This document shows positions 39,401 through 53,214 of a DNA stretch of 64,000 nt, piece by piece (the first letter of the stretch is position 1; each line of letters starts with the position of its first letter). The stretch comes from Octopus sinensis (Eukaryota), in NCBI RefSeq assembly GCF_006345805.1, contig NW_021833231.1, forward strand, positions 16,407 through 80,406. The letters run 5' to 3'. Position numbers and translations under genes: made by a program. Below the pieces are notes generated by a model that made no database searches, was not told the origin of the DNA, and saw nothing but the letters and a program-made list of their open reading frames with translations.

Positions 39401-39706
39401 CACCATGGGAACATCACGATTGAGAATTCGATCATGTAAGTTAAGACGCTCATTGGAAGTACCAGTCCAAATATGACAGCAATATTCAATGCAAGGTTGA
39501 GTAAGCTCCTCCTCTCAAAATTTGGAAATCCAAATACTTATAGTCTAATTAACACTCTATGTTGTTGTTGGACAATTATCGCGTGACGTATGTGACAGTT
39601 AGAGACACAAATTATGAAATATCTAAACTGTAAATCTTGACTATTTATGAGAATTTTATTGATTTATTTTTTTTGTTCAAGTACAGTTTGATTAACCAGG
39701 AAAGTA

Positions 39707-40273
39707 TTGGGTTGTCCGGAAAGTTCGCGCCGAAGTTTAAAGGAAAAGAAAAAGGTCAATAAATACTTGCCATTACATTTTTAATCAACCAAATATGAAC
39801 CATTTTGTTGCACAATGCGTCTCCATCTTTCCTTTAACTTGAAAATACCCTCTTCCCAGAATTGCGGTGGTTTCATGGCAAAGAATTCATCAAGGTATCG
39901 TTTTACGTCATCCAAGGAATTGAAATTTTTACCATTAAGACTATTCTGTAAAGACCTAAATAAGTGCAAATCCGAAAGAGCAATATCTGGTGAATATGGA
40001 GGGTGGGGTAAAACATCCCAGCCGAGTTGCAGCAATTTTTGTCTGGTTCCCATAGCAACAAGTGCCAAAAATAAACTTTCTTATCTTCCATTTTAAAGGG
40101 TTACAGAATTAGCACAGGTTATAGGAACATAAACCTTCTTCCACGAAAAGACAGCTTAAACTGTGCTCTAAATGGAGGTGAGGTAAAATCCCACTTTATG
40201 GACTCAACCATGTTCTAAAATAAGTCGAAAGGTAAGCTACTATAAATCAGCACAAACTTTCCGGACAACCCAA
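39707..40273 (-). mobile_element. Internally deleted mariner element with intact ends
   Basis: TA|TTGGGTTGTCCGGAAAGTT ... AACTTTCCGGACAACCCAA|TA; N-terminus MEDKKVYFWHLLL joined to TRQKLLQLGWDVLPHPPYSPDIALSDLHLFRSLQN..GIFKLKERWRRIVQQNGSY. Confidence 0.93.
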
Positions 40274-40301
40274 TATAAAACAAACAAATATTTCCTGGAA
40301 T

Positions 40302-40754
40302 CAGTACCGTAAATAGGGTGAAGTGGGGTGGGGGTGGAGAGAAAGGTGGCACGTGTCTCGGCGCCGATTGAAGCGGGGCGCAGATTGAAGTGGTGTGCCT
40401 CATCAAAAGTAAGAGAAATGAAACTTCAAACAATGTATTTAAAAAAAATTTTTACATCTCACTTGATACATCAGTTTTTTTAATGTTTCAATCGGGGAAG
40501 CTGGTGTATTAAAACAAGGTTAAAATAAGGAGGTTTCGTAAAAGCAAACGTTCAAAAAATATACTTTGGATTACAGGCTCTACCGAACCGGCAGGTAAAT
40601 GAACCCTGGTAAAGTATTTATTCCTAAAATATTGCTTCAAAGCATAAATTACTTATAACAAATAAGTACTACATAACATCGTGGATTTTGTAATGGACGA
40701 TGGGCGGATTTTTGAGGCTTTCCCCGGGCGCAATTTACCCTAGCTACGCCACTA
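40302..40754. mobile_element. Non-autonomous hAT element
   Basis: 8-bp TSD CCTGGAAT (40294-40301, 40755-40762); degenerate TIRs CAGTACCGTAAATAGGG / CCCTAGCTACGCCACTA. Confidence 0.75.
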
Positions 40755-40784
40755 CCTGGAATATATGATGAATTTCTGGAAGAG

Positions 40785-40970
40785 CACGCCAGGCAAAATG
40801 CTTAGCGGCATTTTCTCTGTCTTCTTGTTCTGAGTTCAAATTCCGCTGAGGTCGACTTTGTCTTTCATCCTTTCGGAGTCAATAAAATAAGTACCAGCTG
40901 AACACGGGGACGATGTAATCGACTTATCTTTCCCCTTAAATGGCTGGTATTGTACCAAAATTTACAACCA
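40785..40970 (+). mobile_element. Older SINE family B copy
   Basis: B box and Nin-like domain present but diverged. Confidence 0.8.
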
Positions 40971-40986
40971 ATATGTTATAGGGGTG

Positions 40987-41275
40987 GTGGCACATGGCCT
41001 AGTTGTTAGAGCAGCGGACTCGCGGTCGAGGGATCGCGGGTTCGAATCTCAGACCGGGCGATGTGTGTGTTTATGAGCGAAACACTTAAGCTCCACGCGG
41101 CTCCGGCAGAAGGTAATGGCGAACTTCTGCTGACTTTTTCGCCACAACTTTCTCTCACTCTTTCCTCCTGTATCTTGCAGCTCACCTGCGACAGACCGGC
41201 CTCCCGTCCAGGTGGGGAACCTATACGCCAAGGAAACCGGCCCTCTGAGTCAGGCGTTGCTCGAGAAGGAACAAA
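40987..41275 (+). mobile_element. tRNA-headed SINE family C
   Basis: GGTGGCACATGGCCTAGTTGTTAGAGCAGCGGACTCGCGG..GGTTCGAATCTC head; homologous to 29100-29283 (-). Confidence 0.85.
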
Positions 41276-41331
41276 CATGTTTTAGGGATTGGTTGGAATT
41301 TCGGCTGTTATTTCTAGCAAGTCCATTTAAA

Positions 41332-41378
<47 letters not shown>

Positions 41379-41409
41379 TGTATGTATGTATGTATGTATG
41401 TATGTATGT

Positions 41410-41575
41410 ATGTACACTGGGCTTCTTTCAGTTACCGTCTACCAGATCCACTCACAAGGCTTTACTCTACTCGAGGTTGTAGTAGAAAACATTTGCCCAT
41501 GGTGCCACGCAGTGGGACTGAACTCGGAACCATGTGGTTGTGAAACAAACTTCTTACCACACAGCCACATCTTCG
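41410..41575 (-). mobile_element. SINE family A 5' half, diverged
   Basis: Reverse complement of the family A head and core. Confidence 0.75.
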
Positions 41576-42029
41576 CTTGTTTAATCCTGTACAAGTTTCA
41601 TATTATCCTCCACCACATTTTAAACTCACAAGTGACACAGTTCATTTGGCCGTAATTGAGTACCCTTGGGTAAAAATATACCATCACTTTAAGTTGGGGG
41701 ATCACTGTAAACTTGATGGATTTTTCAATAGTTTGCAGCCTTTTATTCATAACAAAACGCTAAGCGACATTTCGTCCGGCTCTTTACGTTCTGAATCGAA
41801 ATCTCCCACCCCCCGAGGTCCACTTTGTCTTTCAACCCTTCGAGGTTAATAAAATAAAGAACCAGTCAAGTACTGAAATCGATGTAATCGACTCCTTTCC
41901 TCTCAGAAATCGCTGGCCTTAAACTCTACAATCGACCAGAGTTCAGGGATAATCTTGTTCAGGGATAATCTTGTAATCTCGGTCACTTAAACGCCTTAGA
42001 AATAAGTAACTGGCCTCGCGACAAAAAAA

Positions 42030-42354
42030 AGTAGCTTTCTTACGAACCACATGGTTCCAGGTTCAGTCCCACCGCGTGGCACTTTGGGCAAGGGTCTTCT
42101 ACTATGGGCCAACCAAAGCCTTGTGAGTGGATTTGGTAGACGGAAACTGAAAGAAGCCCGTCGTATATATGTATATATACATTTATTAAAATTTTATGTA
42201 TTGATTAAGTCTTTCCTTGTTTGTTTTGCAAAATAGTGGTTTTGTCTCTAATAATATTTTATAATATTTTACTATAAAATCGATTTAATCCTAAATCTGA
42301 TTTTTTCCCTGTAAATTTGGATTTATTCCCTAATATTTATTATTATTATTATAT

Positions 42355-42403
<49 letters not shown>

Positions 42404-42650
42404 ATGTGTGTGTGTGTGTGTGTGTTTGTGTGTTTGTGCTTGTCTCCCCCCAACATCGCTTGACAACCGATGCTGGTGTGTTTACGTCCCCGTCACTTAG
42501 CGTTTCGGCAAAAGAGACCGATAGAATAAGTACTAGGCTTACAAAGAATAAGTCCTGGGGGTCGATTTGCTCGACTAAAGGCGGTGCTCCAGCATGGCCA
42601 CAGTCAAATGACTGAAACAATTAAAAGAGTAAAAGAGAGTAAAGAGTAAC
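42030..42650 (+). mobile_element. SINE family A with a ~170-bp insertion in its internal (TA)n
   Basis: Head/core ~42030-42180, insertion ~42180-42350, tail to ~42650. Confidence 0.85.
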
Positions 42651-43604
42651 AACAACAACAAAAACAAAAAAAGAGACAAAACAAAAAAAAAGCACAAAAT
42701 GTTTTAAAAAGTGGTTACGAATACCTACAAGTTGATTTACTGTCGCTATACCAACCGAAAACCAAGTATTCAGCAGTTACATACAACACTTAATAGATGT
42801 GCTGCTAATTTGATCTGACATCACACAACCTGTTAGTATGACCTGTTAACAGTTCAACTTTTCTGTTTTGACGTCTTTATTCTTTATTCCTCTCCGAAGA
42901 CACTGATGTAAAGATCTCGAATTAATCCTCGAAGACATCCGAAACACGTTAATCGCATTTCTATAGAATTAAATAATATAAAATTTCCTTTTTTGATTTC
43001 TTTGCGATATTGATTTGATTTTTGTTTCTTAACGAAAACAACTAAAGAAAACAAAGAAATATTTATTTTTGTTTTTTTATATTAACTATCGATTCTAAGG
43101 CTGTGTTTGTTTATCTGATTGCTTAATATGTTCAGAACAGCCAACCAAAGCTCTTTACATAGCTTTTAATCTTTGCGTTCACAGTTCAGACTTCGATGAG
43201 AGTCCGCTAGAATTTCGATAATTCCATGATCAATAAACGAAAAAAAGATTTGCTATGCAGCTGTATGGTAAGAAGCCTGCTTCCCAACCGCATGGTTTCG
43301 TGTTCAGTTCCAATGCTGTGGAAGCTTAGGCAAGTGTCTTTTACTTTATCCTCAGGCCGACCAAAGCGATTTGAGTAGATTTGGTAGGCAGAAAACTAAA
43401 AGAAACCTGTATACATACATACATACATACATATACATACATACATATATATATATATATAACTTATAAATAAGGGCAAACGAAAAAATTTCTAATGCCA
43501 AATATGCCGAAATTGGACATATTGTCCATAACCATATAATTTTTCACAATACGCACGCTACTCGAAAAAGGTCGACAGAAATTTCTAAAAATTCCATTAT
43601 TACC

Positions 43605-43657
43605 ATATCGGACCGATTTCAGGGTTAGTTCATAAGAACCCTCCCTTCGTCAGTGAT
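43605..43657 (-). ncRNA. Hammerhead ribozyme-like motif in a (TA)n-flanked Penelope-like fragment (~43465-43690)
   Basis: Minus strand atca-CTGACGA-aggg-AGGGTT..AACCCT-GAAA-TCGG-TC-cgat. Confidence 0.6.
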
Positions 43658-43698
43658 AAATGTGGCAAAGAAATAAATGAGATACTTACTCATATATA

Positions 43699-43762
<64 letters not shown>

Positions 43763-43771
43763 ATATATATG

Positions 43772-43899
43772 CACAGGAGTGGGTGCGTGGTAAGAAGCTT
43801 GCTTCCCAATCCTCATGGAACTTTAGGCAAATGTCTTCTACCTTGGGCCGACCAAAGCCTTGTTAGTGGATTTGGTAGACGGAACCTGAAAAAGCCCGT

Positions 43900-43948
<49 letters not shown>

Positions 43949-44200
43949 GTGTGTGTGTGTGTTTGTGTGTGTGTGTTTGTGTGCATGTGTGTGTGTGTAT
44001 ATATTTGTGCGTCTGTGTTTGTCTTCCCCCTATATTGGTGTGTTTACGTACACGTAATTTAGCGGTTTGGCAAAGGAGACCGATAGAATATATACTAGGT
44101 TTACGAAGAATAAATCCTGGGGTCGATATGTTCGGCTAAAGGCGGTACTCCAGCATGGCTGTAGTCAAACGACTGAAACAAGTAAAATAAAAGACTAAAA
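43772..44200 (+). mobile_element. SINE family A nested in an older family A copy (halves at ~43255-43410 and ~44205-44360)
   Basis: Family A match; the more diverged head and tail halves flank it. Confidence 0.8.
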
Positions 44201-44811
44201 GAATATGTGTGTGTGTGTGACTGTGTTTGTTCTTCGTCACCGCTTGAAAACCAATAGAATATGTTTATAAGAATGTACCATTCATTCGACTAAAAATTCT
44301 TCTAGACGGTGCCTCAGCATAGGTAGAGTCTAGCGACTGAAACAAGAAGAACGATAAAAGATACGATCAAATAGATTATGCTCCACCAGCCATAATGACG
44401 AGCGTAGCCTAGGGATACGAGTGTTACACTCACAATAGCGAGATTATGGTTTCAGTTCCTGGATCAGGCAATACATTGCATTCTTGAGTAAGATATACAA
44501 CTGTTTATTTGATCGTGGTTAGAAGAGGTTGGGGCTCCACCATTACCTGGAAGCCGAGAGTCATATCCATTTTATTTTGTTGCAGAGTGGACTTAAGAGC
44601 TAAAACCCCTTCAGGCACCTCCACTATTCCGTGGGTTGCTCTGTATGGGATGGCATGTTAGTCACCCTTACTGTCGTCACCCGTTTTGCCCGGTGTACTA
44701 AGAACATGACGAGCGTAAGAAATGAGCAAGTGGCGGGTTTGGCCTCTACGGCACTGTCGCAAACACTAAGAAACACCTCGTGTTGTTTGCTTCTAATTAT
44801 ATAGCCTACTG

Positions 44812-45332
44812 CGGTGGTTCCCAAACTTTTTAGAGTCGCGACCCACTATTTATCACATCAGTTTATGACGACCCAGTTAACTCTACTGAGTAAAAACATT
44901 AATGAAATTAACAAATTTATTTCAGATTACATCTTCAGTGAGGCCTGTGAGAAGGATGAGCCTGTTTCTTGCTACGCTCAATAATAGAATTAACATCAGG
45001 TTCAATGCGTGATAGTTTCAGGCGTAAAGAATTTGAGAGCTGCAGTTTATTTCGATATTTGCTTTTAATCCCAACCATTGCTGACAATCCAGCTTCACAA
45101 ATATAAGATGACGTGAAAGGGAGAAGTACTTTTAATGGTTCGGTGGAAATGATTGGGTACGAGGTTAGAAGAGACGCCCAGAACTGTACTAGTTTTCGGG
45201 TGTTAAAAGTCATTTTCAAGGAAGAGTCTTCGGATATCAAAGCTAAGGCGTTATTTTATAACTTTTTGCGACCCACTAAGATTCCGTTCGCGACCCATCT
45301 GTGGGTCGCGACTCATAGTTTGGGAACCACTG
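44812..45332 (-). mobile_element. Internally deleted hAT (Charlie/Buster-type) element retaining the C-terminal dimerisation region
   Basis: TIR C(G/A)GTGGTTCCCAAACT; 8-bp TSD GCCTACTG (44804-44811, 45333-45340); QFWASL..YPIIS..LKVLLPFTSSYICEAGLSAMVGIKSKYRNKL. Confidence 0.93.
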
Positions 45333-45694
45333 GCCTACTGTAATCCACACTTCCTGCAGGCATTTTCTATTTGCGCCAGACAGAGATATTCTAGTTTTTT
45401 TTTTTTACTTTTCCATTTAAAGACAATATTTTTTGCAGGGTACTGGTTGTGGTATAGAGGCTCTTTTAACTTCAGGAATTGAATGTTCCGTCAACCACAG
45501 GTCCGTAATTTTGCATTTATATCTTCTAACGTATCCTTCTTTGCGAACGTCTGACTGTTGACATTCAACTCTCTACTCGTTATGGCACCAAACGAAATAT
45601 TCGTCTTGGTCTCTTGTAGATGTTATTGTTATTGTTATCGTAATCTTTGATGAAATTTTCCATCAAAATCAAAAGCAGACGACACAAACATTTT

Positions 45695-46135
45695 GGATCT
45701 TTTCGGTTTGAACGGCAGTTTATTCTAGCAGTGTCATATGAAATTGTCACCCATAATTATGAGCATAGTATCGATCTATTGCATTTCAATGTTTTAGGGT
45801 TAGGGTTAGTTAAGGTTAGGGTTAGGGGTGGGGGGAAGGGTATCTTTTTTTTTCTTCAGAAATGTAAATAAACCCAATTTGTTTTTTAAACGAGGGACAT
45901 ATTCATACGGCACAGAATGTTTTTTTTTTTACCTCAATAGACGTCAGTGATTGGTTGAAATTGCAGAAATTGAAGAAAAAAACAACAACAAATATCTTAT
46001 AAACTATAGAATTTTCTCAACAAAGCCAAGAGAAAAAGATGTTTCATAAACACATTCTACCAGTATACGAAGTTTAAAAGTGTTTAGTTGCGTGGAAATT
46101 ATTTTAAAAAACTGCCGTTCAAACCGAAAAGATCC
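45695..46135 (+). mobile_element. MITE family M1
   Basis: TIRs; 8-bp TSD AACATTTT (45687-45694, 46136-46143). Confidence 0.93.
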
Positions 46136-46669
46136 AACATTTTCCTATCAAAATCAAAAGCAGACGACACAAACCCCTTCCCATCTCTGACGTCGTCTGT
46201 CGTTGCCATGGTTAATACCATAGCGTTCCTAGTCACACAATTTCTTGACGTAAGCATCGCTCGGCCTCTCTCTCTCTTCCTTTCTCATTTTCACATTCTT
46301 TCAATTCCCTTAGGTTATATATGTGAGTGGTGAATGTTATTAATATATTTACAAATGTCCATGTTGCTTTTTTTTAATCACTTAAAAAGATACAATATCG
46401 TAAACAATAAAAAAACACCAGAAAAATTGACATTAAGTTCAGATAATTCCTACACTACTCCTAGGGGAAAAGTAAAACTCACCAAACGGAAGCAGGTGGC
46501 AAAAATTTCAAAACAAACATATTCCAATTCAAGCATAAATTTTACAAACTTGTGATCGAGCGTGCATTTCCCGTCAATAATAATTATTTCAAATTTTTGC
46601 CACAAAGCAGTCAATAACAATAATAATGATGATGATAACAATAATAATAATAATAATAATAATAATAAT

Positions 46670-47045
46670 TCTTTCTACTAAAGACATAAGGCCTGTACAA
46701 CTGGTACTCGTTTTATCGACCCCGAAAGGATGAAAAGCCAAGTCGACCGCGATGGAATATGAACTCAGAACGTAAGGACGGACGAAATGCCGCGAAGAAT
46801 TTTGTGTGGAGTGCTAACGATTCTGCCAGTTCGTCGCCTTAATAATAATCCTTTCTACCAGAGGACAAGATTTAAAATATTTGGGGAAGGGAATAGTCGA
46901 TTACATCGAACCCAATGATTCACTGGTACTCCAATGGAAGGTAAAGTCGACTTCGATGGAATTTGAACTCAAAACGTGAAGACGGACGAAATATCGCTTA
47001 GCATTTCGCCTGACGTGCTAACGATTCTGCCAGCTCGCCGCTTTA
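46670..47045 (-). mobile_element. Two tandem diverged SINE family B copies in (TAA)n
   Basis: Two reverse-complement heads ending at ~46840 and ~47043. Confidence 0.8.
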
Positions 47046-47479
47046 ATAATAATAAAAACCGTTTGGGATAAAAAACAAACAAATTGAAGGTTGCCCGTGG
47101 GACTCAAACCCACGTTTCTTTATAGTTATATGTAGTGTGCTTCGAGAAACATTATACCAAAATAATTATTTCACGCTCTCTCGAAAATTTATAAAATTAT
47201 TTTGATATCTGTCTGTCTGTCTGTCTACACACATATATGCACATATATAAACGTATGCATATATATATATGTCTGTGCATGTGAGTGTCGGCATATGTAT
47301 GAATCTCTCATTCTGTTATTTTCTTCACACACACGCACGCACGCACACACACACAAATACACACACACACACACACACACAACACGACACCAAAGAAGTC
47401 TAATAACATTTTCTGTATATAGTTTTAATGTTAATTTAATTAAACTATATAAAATTGCAAAGAGACTTTGGACTTCTCT

Positions 47480-48340
47480 AAAGTACACACACACAAACAC
47501 ACACACACACAAACATACACTCACACACACACGTACACACATATACACACGCGCACAAATACACACTCACACACATACCCATACACACTCACTCTCTCTC
47601 TCTCATACACACAGACACACGCACGTACACATATATACACACACGCGTACAAGCACACACTCTCACACACTCACACACACACCTAAACACACTCATTCAC
47701 TCACACACACACAAACACACACCTACACACATGTACACACACTCGCACAAACATACACTCACGCCCCCCACACAAAACACATGTACACATATATACACAC
47801 ACGTGCACAAACACACTCACATGCTCACACACACACCCACACACCCACTCTCTCTCTCACACACACTCACACACTCACACACACATACCCATACACACTC
47901 TCTCTCTCTCATACACACACACAAACACACGCACGTACACACATATACACACCCGCGTACAAGCACACACTCTCACACACTCACACACACACCCAAACAC
48001 TGACACACACACATATACATATATGCACGCACGCGCACAAACACACACTTACACACACCCAAACACACTCATTCACTCTCTCTCACACCCACACACAAGC
48101 ACACACCTACACACATATACACACACTCGCACAAACACACACTCACGCCCCCCATACAAAACACATGTACACATATATATACTCACGTGCACAAACACAC
48201 ACTCACACGCTCACATACACACCCACATACATTCACCCACTCTCTCTCTCTCATACACATTCACACACACTTGCACAGACTCACTCACACACTCACTCTC
48301 AAACCAACCCACTCACTCACACACACACGCACGCACACAG
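47480..48340. repeat. CA-rich compound minisatellite with higher-order duplications
   Basis: Blocks such as CACGCCCCCCA(C/T)ACAAAACACATGTACACAT recur at ~47760 and ~48144. Confidence 0.85.
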
Positions 48341-48659
48341 AGGCATTTCAGTGTTACTGTTAATGCCCGCCAGAAAAACAGATATAATGAAAAACAGTTT
48401 TAGTTAGTTAACGTCTTCTTCTGTTGTATCTATATTTACACATAAGAGAAAACCTGAAGAGGGCGGCATCGCAGTTTATTAAACAGACATATTGACAGCT
48501 GCCAGAATTCTTAAAGTTATGGTTTCTTGAAATATGTTTCTTAGAAATGTGAGAAATTCATGTATTACGTATAAGTATTAATGTAGTCGATTTCTGCAGC
48601 AACGGATTAACAATCATCATAGTCTTCTCAGCTGTCAACAGCAACATGTATGATTAATG

Positions 48660-48980
48660 AATAGTAGCCTGCACTCCGTTGTCATGTTGTGCGAGTCTCT
48701 GATACATTGAGAACAGCCCACATATATTTGCATCGCTGTGGTTTTGTGATTTATGAAGAGGGCATAGCCTACGCATCCTTGGTATGGTGTGTTGTTTCTG
48801 TGATGCATAGAGAACGGTACATATATATCCTTGTCACACCTTGTTTTTGTGATTTATGAAGAAGGTACAGCCCTACGAATCTGTGTTACGGTGTCTTTTC
48901 TTCTGCGGTGCATAGAGAACACCATGCATGGCCTTGCCACTCTGTGTACTTTTGTGATTTATGAAGTGGGCATACGCCAG
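48660..48980. repeat. Degenerate ~104-bp tandem repeat (about 3 units)
   Basis: TTTTGTGATTTATGAAG at ~48742, ~48845 and ~48950; (T/A)GAGAAC recurring at the same spacing. Confidence 0.8.
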
Positions 48981-49155
48981 GCATTCTCGTCTTACTGTGG
49001 GTTTCTTAGCACAACATAAGTATTCTGTCTAAAGCTATCGTTTCAAGGTTCTTTTTTTCCCGCTCTCTTTCTCTGTGACAGACGCACACATATATACGCA
49101 CATATAAATTAACTCAGCCATTGAAAATCAACGCAACTTCTCACTTGGTTGTCAC

Positions 49156-49215
<60 letters not shown>

Positions 49216-49249
49216 ACATTTTATACTCGATTTTAACTGGAAAAAAAAC

Positions 49250-49360
49250 CAGGGTGCGATTTATACACAGAGCAAAGTTAAGCCTAAGAACGAAAAAAAA
49301 TTTTCTTTTAAGATTTAACACTAAATTGGGGGTGCGGTTTATACACGAGTAAATACGTAA
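49250..49360. mobile_element. Solo end of a pogo/Tigger-like DNA transposon
   Basis: GGGGGTGCGGTTTATACACGAGTAAATACG(G)TA terminus with an internal repeat GGGTGCGATTTATACAC; partner end not found. Confidence 0.5.
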
Positions 49361-50151
49361 AACTGTGCATGCGGCATTCATGATTGAGGTGCCGCTACAA
49401 AAGTATAGCTAGATTAGTTGCATAATCCAGAAGTTAAAGCAACCTAAGCAGCTTTATCTAATTTTATTATCTATCTCATTCATTCTTAACAGGGTTCTTG
49501 ACCGCTGCCATGTTAACACCGTTGTCTCCGTCTGCCGCAAAGGCATTTTTTCAAAATACGCCAGCCAAGATAAGTTTAATTGTCTGAAGTCGTAAGACTC
49601 CCGCTGTCCTGTTATTACTATTCTTGTTTTTTATTTTTATTTTTTGGCCGGATCGGAGCGATATCAGGATTAATCAGCCGAAATTGTTAAGATGATCCGG
49701 TTCCTGACTGAAGATTAGAGGCTTCGAATGACCTGTCTGTTTTTTTTTGTGTCGTCTCTTTGTGTAGTTTGCGTTCTTGTCCCCTTTTGTACATTTTATA
49801 TATAAGTTTTATACATATATTATTGCGGCGTAACGTACCCCTTTCTCCTTCTTATGCCAGCATTTGTGGATTTGGTGAGAAAAAAAAATGCCCACCTCCA
49901 AGCGAAACAAAATCCCTACGTACATGTTTTTTTGGTATTATATAGAGTAAGCATATCACCTAAACATTACACTCTCTCCCAGTCTATTTCTTTTCAGTTA
50001 AGACCCTAATTCCTTCGGTAATTTTTGTAGATTGTGTGATTATTGTGGAATTATTAGAGAGATAATAATAGCTAGATAGATTGATTGATAAATTGTTGGA
50101 TTGATATATCTTTATCTATATATATATAGATGTATGTATATATATATGTAT

Positions 50152-50223
<72 letters not shown>

Positions 50224-50264
50224 TCATATATATATTCATATATGTAAATATGTATGCATTTGTG

Positions 50265-50319
<55 letters not shown>

Positions 50320-50431
50320 ACGTACATACACATACATATATATAGATACATACACACCCATATATAAAACATAGAAAGACAGAAAGATAAATAGATAGAT
50401 ACGGTGGGTATGTGTCTATACACACACACAC

Positions 50432-50477
<46 letters not shown>

Positions 50478-50544
50478 GTATATATATAGATATAAATAGA
50501 TATAGATGGACAAATAGATTGATTGATAGATAGACAGATGCCTG

Positions 50545-50583
<39 letters not shown>

Positions 50584-51024
50584 AAAGAAAGATATATAGA
50601 GAGAGGGAGAAGTCTTGTATGTGTGGAGGGTTATCTATCACGAAACAAGGTTTTGTATTTCTATCTGATAATATCTGATAATACAAATGCTGCTGTTTTA
50701 CGAGATGATAAAACAGTGTTGCCGTTTCTAAGGGAAATACAGAACGCCGGATCTGCCTTTCCTTCCTTTCCTCCCCTTCTTCCCTCTTCACGATGTCAAG
50801 CGACACAATGTCATTATATTTATATTTTAAACTTCACTCTCTTCCGCCATTTTCTTCCATATTATATTTTCCCATTTATATCTCTTGCCTCTTTAAGAAG
50901 AGTAACGATTGCTTTCATAAGCGTAATTCTTGTTTCTAATTCGATTCATTTAAATGATTATACACTTTTTATATAATTATACAATTTATATATAATTATT
51001 TATCTAATTTATATACTTGTATTC

Positions 51025-51073
<49 letters not shown>

Positions 51074-51211
51074 TAAACAGTAAAATATAATTACAGACAT
51101 GGACAAGAACATGAAACACCACAGAGACGACACAAGAACCACAGGACGGGACATTCGAAGCCCTCAGTCATCAGTCAAGAACCAGATCATCTTAGCAATT
51201 TCGGCTGATTA

Positions 51212-51277
<66 letters not shown>

Positions 51278-51544
51278 ACTCGTACATATTCTCATATGTT
51301 TGCGTGTTTGTGTGTGTACGAATGTGTGTGCATGTATTTGCTTGCTTGTTTATTTCTGTATGTGCTTATGCACGCGCATGTGTGTGTGTGTTTGTGTGTG
51401 TATTCATGATGGTGACAAGTTCAAAGGAACATTGTTAAGCCACTTAAATTATTAGTATCAAATCAAAGAATTCTGAGAGTCGAAACACTTAATACATTGC
51501 TATAAGTCTCACACAATATATTTTGTCGGACTCACGGTTATAGA

Positions 51545-51585
<41 letters not shown>

Positions 51586-51832
51586 AATAAGTGCAGGAAA
51601 ATTACATCAAAAAATCATCACAGAAGATATAAGTCCAAAATAATATTGTATTAATAGATAGATGTAGAAATATATAATATATGATTATTTAAAAGGTTTA
51701 AAAGTTTAAAATATCTTTCGATCTTTTCGTGAATGTATTACCCTTAGAAATGAAATCTAAATTTGATACATCTATATATATATAATATTGTTTGGTTGAC
51801 ATTAAAACAAGAAAAATGCTACAGAGTAAAAA

Positions 51833-51866
51833 TATAACGTTTCGGAGAAGGTCCTTCTTCAGATAC
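51833..51866 (-). ncRNA. Minimal hammerhead ribozyme-like motif
   Basis: Minus strand tat-CTGAAGA-a-GGA-ccttc-TCC-GAAA-CG-TT-ata. Confidence 0.6.
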
Positions 51867-52373
51867 TAGAAGAAAACCACGGAGAGACTAGGAAGACAGA
51901 TAAAGAGATAAAAATGTGAGAAGAGAATCAGGGTAAAGGAAAAATGGATGTGGGTTAGGCAGACATTATCGACCTCTAACAAACCGGAAGTGGAAGGGGT
52001 AATTATAATTTCAACGGCAAGAGAGTGACACAGGAATAGCTGTTGGTAAGTATATAAGTGATGTATGCATTTATGTATGTATGTTTGTATATTGGTATTT
52101 GGATGCCGGCATAGCCTGTAGTAAAAAAGAAGTTCGCTTTTCCCACGAGATGGTCACGGCCGGATGCTTTTTATCATAAGTTTACTCGATCAACATCTCA
52201 ACAATAACAACTGGTTACAGTCCCCATATGGTAAATCTCGAGCTACTCGTCATATTCCTTGCTCTAATACGTGTGCCATTATTAATCAGAAATGATGGTT
52301 TCTCTTCACACCATTTGATATCATTAAATATTACATCTCGCTGATGCTACGGCTGCAAGAACTGCTGCTGCTG

Positions 52374-52428
<55 letters not shown>

Positions 52429-53175
52429 ACTACTACTACGCTGTTATATCGTAAGCACTAGCTTGATAACGTGTGAGATATTTTGATGGTTTTATGTTGA
52501 ACGAGAGTTAATTTAATCTAATTTTATATGAACCTTTCGTATATCATCGTAATTTTATTTGGCATCTACTTGGAATAAGTAACAAATGGAGAGAGAGAGA
52601 GAAAGAGAGAGAGAGAGATAGAGAGAAAGTGGGAGGAAAGGAGATGGAAAGAAGAGAAAGAAAAAGCGAGAAACAGTGTTGTACTATAGAACCTACTCAT
52701 TTCCTATAACGTTGTTTTTGTTGTTCGTGACCAGGTCAGCTCTAAACCAGCAGGCTTTTGGTCAACATACTTGTCATCCATGACCAACACATCTGATATT
52801 TAGGTATCGTCCTACAAAGATCATATTGTCTAACATGTTCTTTCTTTCTGAACGTGGTAGAGTATGATCTGAGGCAAACTTGGTTGATATTTCTAGCAGA
52901 TCAAGAGACCACCTAAAAGCTCGACCAACTTCCTATGTTGAAAGGTTGTTTAGAACTTGATTTACCCTAAACAAACAGATCTATGATCAAAAGCACTCCA
53001 GCTAAGATCATTATGTATTTTTCAGCAGTACGTGGAATACAATATTTAGTGTCTTTGTATTGTTACTAAAGATGGTACGAGAAAGGAGAGAGTTTTGGCT
53101 TCTGTTTCCGAGGCCCTATAAAGAGATGTTCTCAATACACACACAAGTTTGTATATCTATATGCGTTTGCATGTT

Positions 53176-53214
<39 letters not shown>

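Noticed and set aside
40987-41060. tRNA-like sequence
   Set aside because: It is the head of a SINE and continues into the SINE body; no proper acceptor stem
45794-45835. Interstitial telomere or chromosome fusion site
   Set aside because: The TTAGGG units are an internal part of the M1 MITE and recur in its copies
47085-47160. tRNA-like T-arm on the minus strand (GTGGGTTTGAGTCCCAC)
   Set aside because: D and anticodon arms cannot be folded; at most a decayed tRNA or SINE head
47202-48407. 401-aa His/Thr-rich ORF
   Set aside because: Translation of a CA-rich minisatellite that lacks stop codons; no domain or splice evidence
48660-48980. CRISPR-like repeat-spacer pattern
   Set aside because: Eukaryotic context, spacers are homologous to each other, no cas genes
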